Assembly: GCA_001695645.1 (NCBI GenBank)
Contig: LVZN01000013.1
Span: forward strand, 12,336-44,335
Source: Erysipelotrichaceae bacterium MTC7
Lineage (GTDB): Bacteria > Bacillota_I > Bacilli_A > Erysipelotrichales > Erysipelotrichaceae
Direction: 5' to 3'
Length of the DNA: 32,000 nt
Made by a program: the position numbers and the translations under genes. Shown one piece after another: positions 14,098-22,185 of this stretch (its first letter is position 1; the number at the start of each line of letters is the position of its first letter). Under the pieces are notes generated by a model. The model ran no database searches, was not told where the DNA came from, and was given only the letters and a program-made list of their open reading frames with translations.

Positions 14098-16353
14098 TTA
14101 TGCCTCTGCATCTGAACTACTCGCCTTTTTGGTTTTCGTTGCTTTTTTCGTTGTTGCTTTTTTCGTTGTCGTTTTCTTTGTTGTGGCTTTCTTAGCAGCT
14201 GTTTTCTTAGTTGGTTTTGGTTCTGCTGTTTCTTCAACTACAACATCTGCTTCTTCATCCTTTGGTTTTTCATCTTTTTTGATGTAACGACATTTTGGAT
14301 ATCCAGAACATCCAACAAACATTTTTCCATATCGTGATTTACGTTCGACTAGTGGTTTGCCACATTCTGGACACATTTCGCCAGTCTCTTTTGGCGGTTG
14401 ACGATCACTTTTGATGTATTTACATTCCGGATAGTTTGCACATGCATAGAACTCTCCAAAACGGCCACGTTTTTTAACAAGTGGGCCTCCACAGTTTGGA
14501 CATGTTTCGTCAATTTTATCTTCTTCTTCTTGTTTTACGTATTTACATTCTGGATAGTTGCTACAAGCAACAAAATCACCATAGCGACCCTTACGAATAA
14601 CAAGTTCATGACCACATTCTGGACACATTTCACCAGTTTTTTCCGCTTCGATTTTTTCCATTTTGTCATAAGCTTCTTGAAGTAATGGTTCAAAACGGTC
14701 ATAGAATGTACGTAGCTCTTTTACATAGTCTTTATGTCCATCAGCAATTTCATCAAGTTCATGTTCCATTGCTGCTGTGTATTTCACATTGATGATATCA
14801 GAGAAGAATTCTTGTAATTTCTTATCCGTTAATTCTCCTTGTTCTGACGGGAAGAACACTTTGGTTTTTGTTGTTTCTGTCGGTTTTCTTAAATCCGCAT
14901 ATCCACGCGCTTGCAATGTATCAATAATCATCGCATACGTTGATGGACGTCCAATCCCTTGTTCTTCAAGTTCTTTAATCAAACGTGCTTCACTGTAACG
15001 TTTTGGTGGTTCTGTAAAGTGTTGTTTTCCTTCAAGCTTAACATCTTTAAGAATTTCACCTTCTTCAAGTACAGGTAATAATTCATCTTTACTTGATTCA
15101 TAATCTTTGTACACTTTTAAGTACCCATCAAAAGTTAATACAGAACCAGAAGCACTAAACTGTGCATCGTTGTTTGTGATTTGTGCACTCACACTATCAC
15201 TTTTTGCAGGTGCCATCAGTGAGGCAAGCGTACGTGCATAAATCAATTTATATAACTTATATTGATCAGCTGTTAGATAGTTCTTGATTGATTCTGGTGT
15301 ACGATTCACATCCGTTACACGACAAGCCTCATGAGCATCTTGTGCATTTGCATCTTTCTTTTGTCGTACACTACCCACGTATTCTTTTCCATATGTACTT
15401 TCAATATAAGCTAGTGCACTTTCTGTAAACACTTCACTTAAACGAGTTGAATCCGTACGCATATAAGAGATTAACCCCTCAACACCTGTACCGATTTCAA
15501 TCCCTTCATATAACTTTTGTGCAGTTGACATGGTTTTCTTAGCACTGAAGTTTAACTTTGTACTCGCTTCTTGTTGTAATGCTGAAGTGGTAAATGGAAG
15601 TTTCGAAGCTTTTTTCTTAACTTTCTTTTCGATGGAAGAAACGACATAATCACCTGTACATGATGCAATGATGGCATCACTTTCTGCTTGATTGGCAATC
15701 TTTGCAGTTTTTCCTTTATATTTTTTTAGTTCAGCAACAAATGCATCACTATTTTTATTAACAAGCGCATCAATTGTCCAATATTCTTCTTGAATAAAGG
15801 CACGGATTTCATTTTCACGTTCAATGATTAAATGTAACGCTACCGATTGTACACGTCCTGCAGACTTACTTTTAATTTTACTACGTAATAATGTCGATAA
15901 ACGAAATCCGATAATACGGTCAAGAATTCTACGCGTTTCTTGCGATTTCACTAAATCTTGATCGATTTTTCTTGGATGTTCAAACGCCTCAATAACTGCT
16001 GGCTTTGTGATTTCATGAAAAATGATACGGTTTTGCTTATCTTGATCAAGTCCAAGTTCATCAGCTAAATGCCAAGCAATAGCTTCCCCTTCACGGTCAG
16101 GGTCACTTGCAAGATAAACTTCATCACTCTTTTTTGCAAGTGCTTTTAATTCTTTAACCGTTGCTTTCTTTTCTTTGCTTATTTTATAGGTTGGTTCAAA
16201 ATTATGATCAACATCGATCCCTAACCCACCTTTTCCTGATGTGGCTAAATCACGTATATGTCCTTTACTTGATACGACTTGAAAATCGCTACCAAGGTAT
16301 TTTTCTATGGTCTTTGATTTGGAAGGTGACTCCACAATTACTAATTTTTTCAT
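14098..16353 (-). CDS. topA: DNA topoisomerase I (type IA) with three C-terminal 4-Cys zinc ribbons and a Lys/Thr/Ala-rich basic tail
   Basis: 751 aa. Toprim start MKKLVIVESPSKSKTIEKYLG. Active-site region ISYMRTDS. Three CPxCG...C..YPxCKY ribbons. Tail PTKKTAAKKATTKKTTTKKATTKKATKTKKASS. Confidence 0.97.
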   Translation of the reverse strand: MKKLVIVESPSKSKTIEKYLGSDFQVVSSKGHIRDLATSGKGGLGIDVDHNFEPTYKISKEKKATVKELKALAKKSDEVYLASDPDREGEAIAWHLADELGLDQDKQNRIIFHEITKPAVIEAFEHPRKIDQDLVKSQETRRILDRIIGFRLSTLLRSKIKSKSAGRVQSVALHLIIERENEIRAFIQEEYWTIDALVNKNSDAFVAELKKYKGKTAKIANQAESDAIIASCTGDYVVSSIEKKVKKKASKLPFTTSALQQEASTKLNFSAKKTMSTAQKLYEGIEIGTGVEGLISYMRTDSTRLSEVFTESALAYIESTYGKEYVGSVRQKKDANAQDAHEACRVTDVNRTPESIKNYLTADQYKLYKLIYARTLASLMAPAKSDSVSAQITNNDAQFSASGSVLTFDGYLKVYKDYESSKDELLPVLEEGEILKDVKLEGKQHFTEPPKRYSEARLIKELEEQGIGRPSTYAMIIDTLQARGYADLRKPTETTKTKVFFPSEQGELTDKKLQEFFSDIINVKYTAAMEHELDEIADGHKDYVKELRTFYDRFEPLLQEAYDKMEKIEAEKTGEMCPECGHELVIRKGRYGDFVACSNYPECKYVKQEEEDKIDETCPNCGGPLVKKRGRFGEFYACANYPECKYIKSDRQPPKETGEMCPECGKPLVERKSRYGKMFVGCSGYPKCRYIKKDEKPKDEEADVVVEETAEPKPTKKTAAKKATTKKTTTKKATTKKATKTKKASSSDAEA
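14126..14215 (-). repeat. five to six tandem 15-bp units encoding the KKxTT pentapeptide repeats of the TopA tail
   Basis: Plus strand: gcttttttcgttgtt / gcttttttcgttgtc (14 of 15 identical) / gttttctttgttgtg / gctttcttagcagct / gttttcttagttggt. Confidence 0.6.
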
Positions 16354-16375
16354 TTACTACCTCCGACTTACATCA

Positions 16376-16403
16376 AGTATATTCACTTTTATCGTTTTGT
16401 CAA
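16376..16403 (-). promoter_or_regulatory. topA promoter (TTGACA-16-TATACT)
   Basis: Minus strand: TTGACA (16403..16398) lies directly after the dprA stop. 16-nt spacer, then TATACT (16381..16376). About 20 nt upstream of the GGAGG SD. Confidence 0.7.
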
Positions 16404-16406
16404 CAC

Positions 16407-17138
16407 TTACAATTCGCGCAAACTTTCGTGATCAATAATAATATTCGCTCCTTCTTGAATGAGAACATTACAACCGCTTACTTGTTTTTCACTGTATGAA
16501 AATGGAAATACATAGACTTCTTTATTTAATTCGATTGCTTCATTTACCGTCAATAGCGTACCACTTCGTTTACTTGCTTCAATGACAACTACCTTTTCAC
16601 CGAGTGCTGCAATCAAGCGATTTCGTAAAGGAAAATGAAAAGAAAACGGTCGTGATCCGTTGGGGTATTCACTTATGAGTAAATGTTCTTTTTCAATTTC
16701 TTTATAAAGGAAGTGATTACACGCTGGATAATGTACATCAAGTCCACACCCCACAATCGCAATCGTACTACGTGTTGCCAAGGACAATTGATGAATGTAC
16801 CCATCAACTCCTTTTGCCAGTCCACTTACAGTTACGTAATCTTTACTTACATGTCGCAATAACGATTCACAGTTGTAGCGACCTTGACGACTCATTGCAC
16901 GTGAACCAACAATGGATAATTTGCGTTTTTCTAATAGCTTCAAGTCTCCTTTATAGTAAAGTACATACGGTGGTTGTTTTAACAATAAAAACTCTGGTGG
17001 GTATGCATCATCTAAAATAGTTATATAGGGATCTGGATAATCAATGTCACGATAGGCTTCATTATGTAAGATTGCTTTTTTAATTGCATGAACATCACCG
17101 TCGTATTTTACACTGTAATACAATAATCGTTTTCTCAT
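16407..17138 (-). CDS. dprA: DNA-processing protein A (DprA/Smf), compact 243-aa form
   Basis: Rossmann-fold core motifs SIVGSRAMS, GLAKGVDGYIH, GCGLDVHYP, RNRLIAALG and SGTLLTV. Conserved smf-topA adjacency. Confidence 0.88.
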   Translation of the reverse strand: MRKRLLYYSVKYDGDVHAIKKAILHNEAYRDIDYPDPYITILDDAYPPEFLLLKQPPYVLYYKGDLKLLEKRKLSIVGSRAMSRQGRYNCESLLRHVSKDYVTVSGLAKGVDGYIHQLSLATRSTIAIVGCGLDVHYPACNHFLYKEIEKEHLLISEYPNGSRPFSFHFPLRNRLIAALGEKVVVIEASKRSGTLLTVNEAIELNKEVYVFPFSYSEKQVSGCNVLIQEGANIIIDHESLREL

Positions 17139-17157
17139 GTTTTTACCTCTTTGTATA

Positions 17158-17170
17158 TATATATAGGTAA
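17158..17170 (-). promoter_or_regulatory. 13-nt box TTACCTATATATA upstream of dprA, identical to the box upstream of comGA
   Basis: Minus strand: ...CCTTTTTTC-TTACCTATATATA-TATACAAAGAGGTAAAAAC-ATG(dprA). The same 13-mer occurs at 27592..27604. Confidence 0.5.
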
Positions 17171-17199
17171 GAAAAAAGGAATATCCTGTGATATTCCTT
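17171..17199 (-). terminator. rho-independent terminator after rnhB
   Basis: Perfect 10-bp stem AAGGAATATC / GATATTCCTT with a 4-nt loop, followed on the minus strand by TTTTTTC. Confidence 0.8.
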
Positions 17200-17200
17200 A

Positions 17201-17824
17201 CTATTTGAAATCAAAATGCATTTGTAATGCTTTTGCTACAGGAGCATAACTGCGTCGATGAATCGGTAAAACGCCATAGGTTTCGAGAGCTTGTAAATGT
17301 TGTTTGGTTGGGTATCCTTTGTTTTTATCGAAGCCATACTCTGGATACGTTTCACTATACGCTTTCATAATACGATCACGAGTCACTTTGGCAAGAATAC
17401 TTGCTGCAGCGATATTCACACTTTTTTGATCACCTTTAACAATCGGTTCAACAACTTTTCCCTCAATTTGAAATTTCATCGCATCACTTAAGATGACATC
17501 AGCTATTTCACATTCTCTTGCAATTTTCATCATGGTTTGTTTAGTTGCTTCATAGATATTTAAGCGATCGATCGTTGCTTCATCAATAATTTCTATTTTG
17601 AAGTAAAGTGCGTGTTCTTGAATGTAATCAAATAACACTTCACGTTTCTTTTCACCTACTTTTTTTGAATCGTAAATATCAGGATGACTAAAACCTTTTG
17701 GAAAACAGACACCAGCCACAACCAATGGTCCAGCAAGCGGTCCGCGTCCTGCTTCATCAATTCCTATCACTTGTTTGTAACCTTGCTCCATATAGAGCGT
17801 TTCAAACTCATTCTTGCATTCCAT
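17201..17824 (-). CDS. rnhB: ribonuclease HII
   Basis: Track ORF 17201..17851 (TTG start) trimmed to ATG 17824 (MECKNEFETLYMEQGYKQVIGIDEAGRGPLAGPLVVAG), with GGGAG SD 7 nt upstream. GIDEAGRGPLAGP is the RNase HII signature. 17-nt overlap with rbgA. Confidence 0.93.
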   Translation of the reverse strand: MECKNEFETLYMEQGYKQVIGIDEAGRGPLAGPLVVAGVCFPKGFSHPDIYDSKKVGEKKREVLFDYIQEHALYFKIEIIDEATIDRLNIYEATKQTMMKIARECEIADVILSDAMKFQIEGKVVEPIVKGDQKSVNIAAASILAKVTRDRIMKAYSETYPEYGFDKNKGYPTKQHLQALETYGVLPIHRRSYAPVAKALQMHFDFK

Positions 17825-18677
17825 CAATACGCTCCCATGTAATACGACCAAATCGATTGGCTCGAATATCTTTCATAAACGTCTCAATTGTACGATTATA
17901 GTCCACTTCATTTCCCTTTTGCAACAAATGACGATTTCTACCAATTTCTAAAAATAGTTTGTAATTATTTTCGATAATTGTTACATCATACGCTTCCACT
18001 AAGCGTTCAGGAAAGTATGCTTTTAAATATTTCAATGCAGCGTATGCAACTTCTTCTAGCGGTAAAACTTGATCACGAATCGCACCAGTAATAGCTAATA
18101 GAATTCCGATGTGTTCATCTTCAAACTTTGGCCACAATACACCTGGTGTATCTAACAATTCAATATCCTTATTTACTTTCACCCAACGCGTGTTTTTAGT
18201 TACCCCTGGTCGGTCACCCGTAACTAAGGTTTTCTTTGCCGCAATTTGGTTAATCAATGTACTTTTCCCAACGTTAGGAATTCCACAAACCATGCAACGA
18301 ACCGCTCTAGGATTCATCCCTTTACGGATTTGACGATCACGTTTTTCTTTCATTAACGTCAGTGCGTTCTCAGTAATGATTTTTTTAACATTATCGTGTA
18401 AGACATCTACACCAATGACTATTGTTTTATCATCGGACAACGCTTGTATCCAACGTTTTGTTTCTTCTGGTTCAGCTTTATCTATTTTTGAAAGTACAAT
18501 CAATCTTGGCTTTTCACCAACCAACTCATCAATTAATGGATTTTTTGAAGCGTTAGGTACTCTGGCATCACGAAGTTCTATGACCATATCGACCATATTT
18601 AGCATGCTTTGCATTTCCCGCTTCGCTTTTGTCATATGACCAGGAAACCACTGTATGTTTAATTTTTGATTACTCAT
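17808..18677 (-). CDS. rbgA: ribosome biogenesis GTPase A (YlqF/RbgA), circularly permuted GTPase
   Basis: 289 aa. IQWFPGHMTKAKRE start. Permuted order LSKID ... GIPNVGKST ... DTPG. Confidence 0.93.
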   Translation of the reverse strand: MSNQKLNIQWFPGHMTKAKREMQSMLNMVDMVIELRDARVPNASKNPLIDELVGEKPRLIVLSKIDKAEPEETKRWIQALSDDKTIVIGVDVLHDNVKKIITENALTLMKEKRDRQIRKGMNPRAVRCMVCGIPNVGKSTLINQIAAKKTLVTGDRPGVTKNTRWVKVNKDIELLDTPGVLWPKFEDEHIGILLAITGAIRDQVLPLEEVAYAALKYLKAYFPERLVEAYDVTIIENNYKLFLEIGRNRHLLQKGNEVDYNRTIETFMKDIRANRFGRITWERIDGMQE

Positions 18678-19275
18678 TATTTGTTACCAACCCTATTTTA
18701 TCAAACGGATAAAGTACGAGAACGTACTTACTCACAATTGCTTGACCTTTAAATGGTCCAACAGCACGCGAATCGCGCGAAACTGGACGATTGTCACCCA
18801 TTAGGAAATACTCATCTTCCCCTAACACAAAAGGATCTAGGTCATTTGTAAAGTTATTTCCATAACCTGATTGTCCAATCTGATCTTCCATGTATTTTTT
18901 ATTTAAAAACGGTTCTTCCACCGGTTCACCATTAACATACAATTGATCATCAAAATATTCAATTTCATCACCTGGCAAACCAATTACGCGTTTTACCCAT
19001 AAATCATCTCCCGTTTTTTCATCTTGCACAACAACAACTTCAAAACGTTGTAAATCACTAGTAATCGCAGAAAAAACATTTGAAAAACCAAATTCTTTAT
19101 CTTCAAGTGTTGGATACATACTGATTCCTGAAACCGTAATTGGGCGGAAAAAGAACTTCACGCATAAAAAGACTAAAACAAAACAAATAAGAACCATTTT
19201 CACAAAGCTCAAAATTTCTGTTTTAGTGATTTCTTGTTTTTTATTATTTCTTGTTTCCTCACGCTTATTCATCAT
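18670..19275 (-). CDS. lepB: signal peptidase I
   Basis: 201 aa. Lys-rich N-terminus plus a TM helix. Catalytic SGISMYPTL. VKRVIGLPGD. GDNRPVSRDSR. Confidence 0.92.
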   Translation of the reverse strand: MMNKREETRNNKKQEITKTEILSFVKMVLICFVLVFLCVKFFFRPITVSGISMYPTLEDKEFGFSNVFSAITSDLQRFEVVVVQDEKTGDDLWVKRVIGLPGDEIEYFDDQLYVNGEPVEEPFLNKKYMEDQIGQSGYGNNFTNDLDPFVLGEDEYFLMGDNRPVSRDSRAVGPFKGQAIVSKYVLVLYPFDKIGLVTNNE

Positions 19276-19280
19276 CGCTT

Positions 19281-19289
19281 ATTATACCA
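19281..19289 (-). promoter_or_regulatory. extended -10 element TGgTATAAT only 5 nt upstream of the lepB ATG
   Basis: Minus strand: ...GGAAAAATGGTATAAT-AAGCG-ATGATGAAT. No SD-like sequence between the -10 and the start. Confidence 0.5.
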
Positions 19290-19396
19290 TTTTTCCGTTT
19301 CGTTTCACACATAAAGACTCATATCTTTCATCATATTCTTTACCTGCTTTATATACTTTTTTAAATATATAATTCAAAATGTAATTACACAATGTT

Positions 19397-19439
19397 AAAG
19401 AGTATGAATATTTCCACCATGTAAACTTTCATACTCTTT
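19397..19439 (-). terminator. 12-bp perfect-stem hairpin with a 19-nt loop immediately downstream of copB (atypical terminator or RNA element)
   Basis: AAAGAGTATGAA ... TTCATACTCTTT. There is no clean U-tract afterwards on the minus strand (AACATTGTGTAATTACATTTT). Confidence 0.4.
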
Positions 19440-19449
19440 ATACTTAGCT

Positions 19450-21492
19450 TTATTTCAATTTCAACATCATTGCATTAATTGCAACAATAATGGTACTCAG
19501 TGACATCAAAATGGCACCAAGTGCTGGACTTAATACAATTCCTAATGGTGCCAAGATACCAGCTGCTAGAGGTATAGCTATAATGTTGTAGCCTGCTCCC
19601 CACCATAGGTTTTGGACCATTTTACGCTGCGTGTTTTTGGCAAGTGATAAAAAATGTACAATGTCAGCTGGATCACTTTTTACCAGGACAACATCTGCAG
19701 CATCAATTGCTACATCAGTTCCTGCACCAATGGCAACACCGATGTCTGCGCGAACCAAACTTGGTGCATCGTTTACACCATCACCAACCATCATCACAAC
19801 ATGACCGTTTGCTTTGTATTCTTTTACAATTTGCTCTTTGTTTTCCGGTAACAGTTGTGCATGTACATCATTGATTCCTACTTGTGCTGCAACTACATTG
19901 GCAACTTGTGTGTTATCTCCAGTCAACATCACAGGTGTAATGCCTTCGTCAATAAATTGTGCAACCGTTGTTTTTGCATCTGGCTTAATTTGGTCTCCTT
20001 GCGCAACAAGACCAACATTTACATCATCAACCAATACGAAACTAATGGTATTCCCTTGTTTTGACAAGGATGTTACCAACGCTTCATCAAAATCGATTTG
20101 CTGTTTACTCATATAACTGACACTAACAATCCTAACTGTTTTACCCGCAAGAACACCTTGCAACCCAATTCCTGGTAGGTTTTGGATATCTTGTGCTTTG
20201 GTTAATGACAATTGAAGTTCTTTAGCTTTTTGTAATATCCCAGTAGCAAGTGGATGGCTTGAACCCATTTCTAAACTTGCTGCATACATCAGTACCTGTT
20301 CATCTGTATAGTTTGAATCAAATGATTGAAACGCGTTTACCGCAAAATTCCCTTCAGTTAGGGTTCCAGTTTTATCCATTACAATGATATCCACCTTTTT
20401 CGCAATCTCTAAAGCTTGTCGATTTTTAATCAACAAACCATTTTTCGCACCAAGTGAGGTAGACCTTGCAGTCACTAACGGAATGGCTAACCCGAGTGCA
20501 TGTGGACAAGCTATAATGAACACCGTCACCATGCGTTCTAGTGCAGCACTAACATCATGATCAACCAAAAGCCATACAATAAAAGCACCAATTCCAAATA
20601 CTAGTGCTATGTAAAACAACCAACTAGCCACTTTATCAGATAGGGATTCCACTTTGGATTTATCTTGTTGGGCATGTGCAACTAAATTCATAACCTGTGC
20701 TAGATAGCCCGATTCGCCTGTGCCTGTCACCTTAACAGTTAACGTACCAGATCCATTAATCGAACCACCGATCACAGTATCATTTTCACGTTTTTCTACG
20801 GCTTTTGCCTCTCCCGTTACCATGGATTCATTGACGCTTGTATCTCCACTGACAATGATGCCATCGGTTGGTATATTTTCTCCAGGCTTAACCAACACCA
20901 TGTCACCAACATGTACTTGCGCTAAAGGAATCACACTTGTTTTGCCATCTGAATTTACACGCGTGGCATCACTTGGCAGAAGTTCTGCCATTTTCTTCAA
21001 TGCATCTCCTGCATTTTGAATTGCATTCATTTCAATCCAGTGTCCCAGTAACATAATAATAATTAAAGTTGCTAGTTCCCAGAAAAAATCCATAACGTGT
21101 GCATCACTATGCAAAATGTGATTCATAAAAAACGCATATACACTATAGATATACGCTACAGAAATACCAAGTGAAATTAACGTCATCATCGCTGGCTGTT
21201 TCATTTGCAGTTCCATCTTGGCACCTTTTAAAAATGGCATACCACCATAAAAAAATAACACTGTCGCAAACAGTAAAACCACCCACTGTGAACCAGAAAA
21301 CGATATTTGAAACGGCAATTTTGCCCCCATCAAAGAAGACATTAAAAATATTGGGATGGAAAGAATAATAGAAACGATAAATTTTTGTTTTAAGTTTCCC
21401 ATATGCATTGAGTGGTCCATCATTTGTCCACCATTTTTGTGCATTTCATGTTCCATCGTCTCGTGATGATCATGCATTTCATGTTTGTCCAT
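19450..21492 (-). CDS. copB: copper-translocating P1B-type ATPase, CopB-like (CPH motif, His/Met-rich N-terminus, no HMA domain)
   Basis: Track ORF trimmed to ATG 21492 (AAGGAGG SD inside the track's upstream extension). N-terminus [34 protein letters not shown] motif [34 protein letters not shown]. Confidence 0.93.
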   Translation of the reverse strand: MDKHEMHDHHETMEHEMHKNGGQMMDHSMHMGNLKQKFIVSIILSIPIFLMSSLMGAKLPFQISFSGSQWVVLLFATVLFFYGGMPFLKGAKMELQMKQPAMMTLISLGISVAYIYSVYAFFMNHILHSDAHVMDFFWELATLIIIMLLGHWIEMNAIQNAGDALKKMAELLPSDATRVNSDGKTSVIPLAQVHVGDMVLVKPGENIPTDGIIVSGDTSVNESMVTGEAKAVEKRENDTVIGGSINGSGTLTVKVTGTGESGYLAQVMNLVAHAQQDKSKVESLSDKVASWLFYIALVFGIGAFIVWLLVDHDVSAALERMVTVFIIACPHALGLAIPLVTARSTSLGAKNGLLIKNRQALEIAKKVDIIVMDKTGTLTEGNFAVNAFQSFDSNYTDEQVLMYAASLEMGSSHPLATGILQKAKELQLSLTKAQDIQNLPGIGLQGVLAGKTVRIVSVSYMSKQQIDFDEALVTSLSKQGNTISFVLVDDVNVGLVAQGDQIKPDAKTTVAQFIDEGITPVMLTGDNTQVANVVAAQVGINDVHAQLLPENKEQIVKEYKANGHVVMMVGDGVNDAPSLVRADIGVAIGAGTDVAIDAADVVLVKSDPADIVHFLSLAKNTQRKMVQNLWWGAGYNIIAIPLAAGILAPLGIVLSPALGAILMSLSTIIVAINAMMLKLK

Positions 21493-21587
21493 AAAATCCT
21501 CCTTTCCCCTCATACGACTATCTATATAGTAGCATTTGCCCTTAGTTAAGCAAGCAATACACTTCTATAACTGGGAATCAGATTGGA

Positions 21588-21623
21588 TAAAAAAAACAGG
21601 TTATGCAATTAAGCATAACCTGT
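21588..21623 (-). terminator. strong rho-independent terminator after rplS (hairpin flanked by A8 and T5, so potentially bidirectional)
   Basis: 11-bp stem ACAGGTTATGC / GCATAACCTGT with a 6-nt loop. T8 follows on the minus strand. Confidence 0.85.
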
Positions 21624-21655
21624 TTTTAATCGTATGTATTGCAACGACTTTACAA

Positions 21656-22006
21656 TTATTTACGTACTTCTTTAATTCTTGCAGCTTTTCCACTACGTCC
21701 TTTAAGGTAACGTAATTTGTTTCTACGAACTTTACCATGACGTACAACTTCGATTTTATCGATAATTGGTGAATGTAATGGGAATGTTCTTTCAACACCG
21801 ATTTGGTTAGAGATTTTACGAACTGTGAAAGTTTCAGCAATTCCTCCACCTTTTTGTGCTACAACAACACCTTCGAATACCTGGATTCTTGATTTGTCAC
21901 CCTCTTTAATACGAACGTGAACTTTTACTGTAGCTCCACTACGGAATGCAGGGATATCAGATTTAATTTGTTTTTTTGTTACTTCGTTAACTAAATTTAA
22001 ATTCAT
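21656..22006 (-). CDS. rplS: 50S ribosomal protein L19
   Basis: Track ORF 21656..22111 trimmed to ATG 22006 ([46 protein letters not shown]...), with AAAGGAGAAAG SD upstream. Confidence 0.96.
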   Translation of the reverse strand: MNLNLVNEVTKKQIKSDIPAFRSGATVKVHVRIKEGDKSRIQVFEGVVVAQKGGGIAETFTVRKISNQIGVERTFPLHSPIIDKIEVVRHGKVRRNKLRYLKGRSGKAARIKEVRK

Positions 22007-22123
22007 TGTCTTTCTCCTTTTCTTTAGTAATACAGATTGGTTCATCATCCTAAAAAACTGGATAAGCGGAACCCTGCAGCCAACAGGCTTATTTATAATA
22101 GCAAATTTCATCGCTCATGTAAA
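22007..22123 (-). promoter_or_regulatory. rplS promoter (TTTACA-17-TATTAT) plus ~90-nt structured 5' leader; possible L19-leader-type autoregulatory element
   Basis: Minus strand: TTTACA (22123..22118), TATTAT (22100..22095). The leader contains AAGCCTG-TTGGCTG-CAGG..GCTT pairing followed by GTTTTTT. The 179-nt trmD-rplS gap is unusually long for this operon. Confidence 0.4.
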
Positions 22124-22185
22124 TACAAAAATCATGATTTTTGCCTATATTTGCCCTATTTACAAGCATATTTGTTAATTGTAAA

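Noticed and set aside
14018-14287. 89-aa plus-strand ORF (FFVVAFFVV... repeats) opposite the topA tail
   Set aside because: It is the antisense reading of the KKxTT tandem-repeat region of topA. Its Phe/Val repeats are simply the complement of the Lys/Thr codons.
19305-19334. 9-codon minus-strand mini-ORF (MMKDMSLYV) with a weak AGGT SD upstream of lepB
   Set aside because: It is too short, has no recognisable leader-peptide logic, and such ORFs arise easily in AT-rich spacers. There is no supporting evidence.
19380-19389. TGTAATTACA read as a CopY cop-box
   Set aside because: The cop-box is TACAnnTGTA, which has the opposite half-site order. This site also lies downstream of copB rather than in its promoter.
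19419-19427. ATGTAAACT, matching the conserved XerD-arm end of Firmicutes dif sites, in the loop of the copB-downstream hairpin
   Set aside because: Only the ~9-10 nt right arm matches. The central region and XerC arm do not (about 15 of 28 positions against the Bacillus dif sequence as I remember it). The gene neighbourhood is also not terminus-like.
21601-21849. 82-aa minus-strand ORF overlapping rplS in another frame; the same applies to the many other 60-110-aa track ORFs nested inside larger genes (for example 189..386, 1259..1450, 2588..2830, 7678..7899, 13161..13682, 19644..20116, 31376..31786)
   Set aside because: All are fully contained within strongly supported genes on the same or opposite strand, and they lack SD sequences and recognisable motifs.
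22007-22111. N-terminal extensions of track ORFs: rplS 22007..22111, rpsP 23955..24014, copB 21493..21513, ispG 30705..30791, mrp fusion 5236..5304, uppS 3486..3512, rnhB 17825..17851, PBP 30661..30684, rimM 23400..23444, comGC 25654..25707
   Set aside because: In each case a canonical family N-terminus begins at an internal ATG that has a good SD, and the extension contains promoter, terminator or SD sequence. Several extensions start at TTG or GTG only because the track takes the longest ORF.
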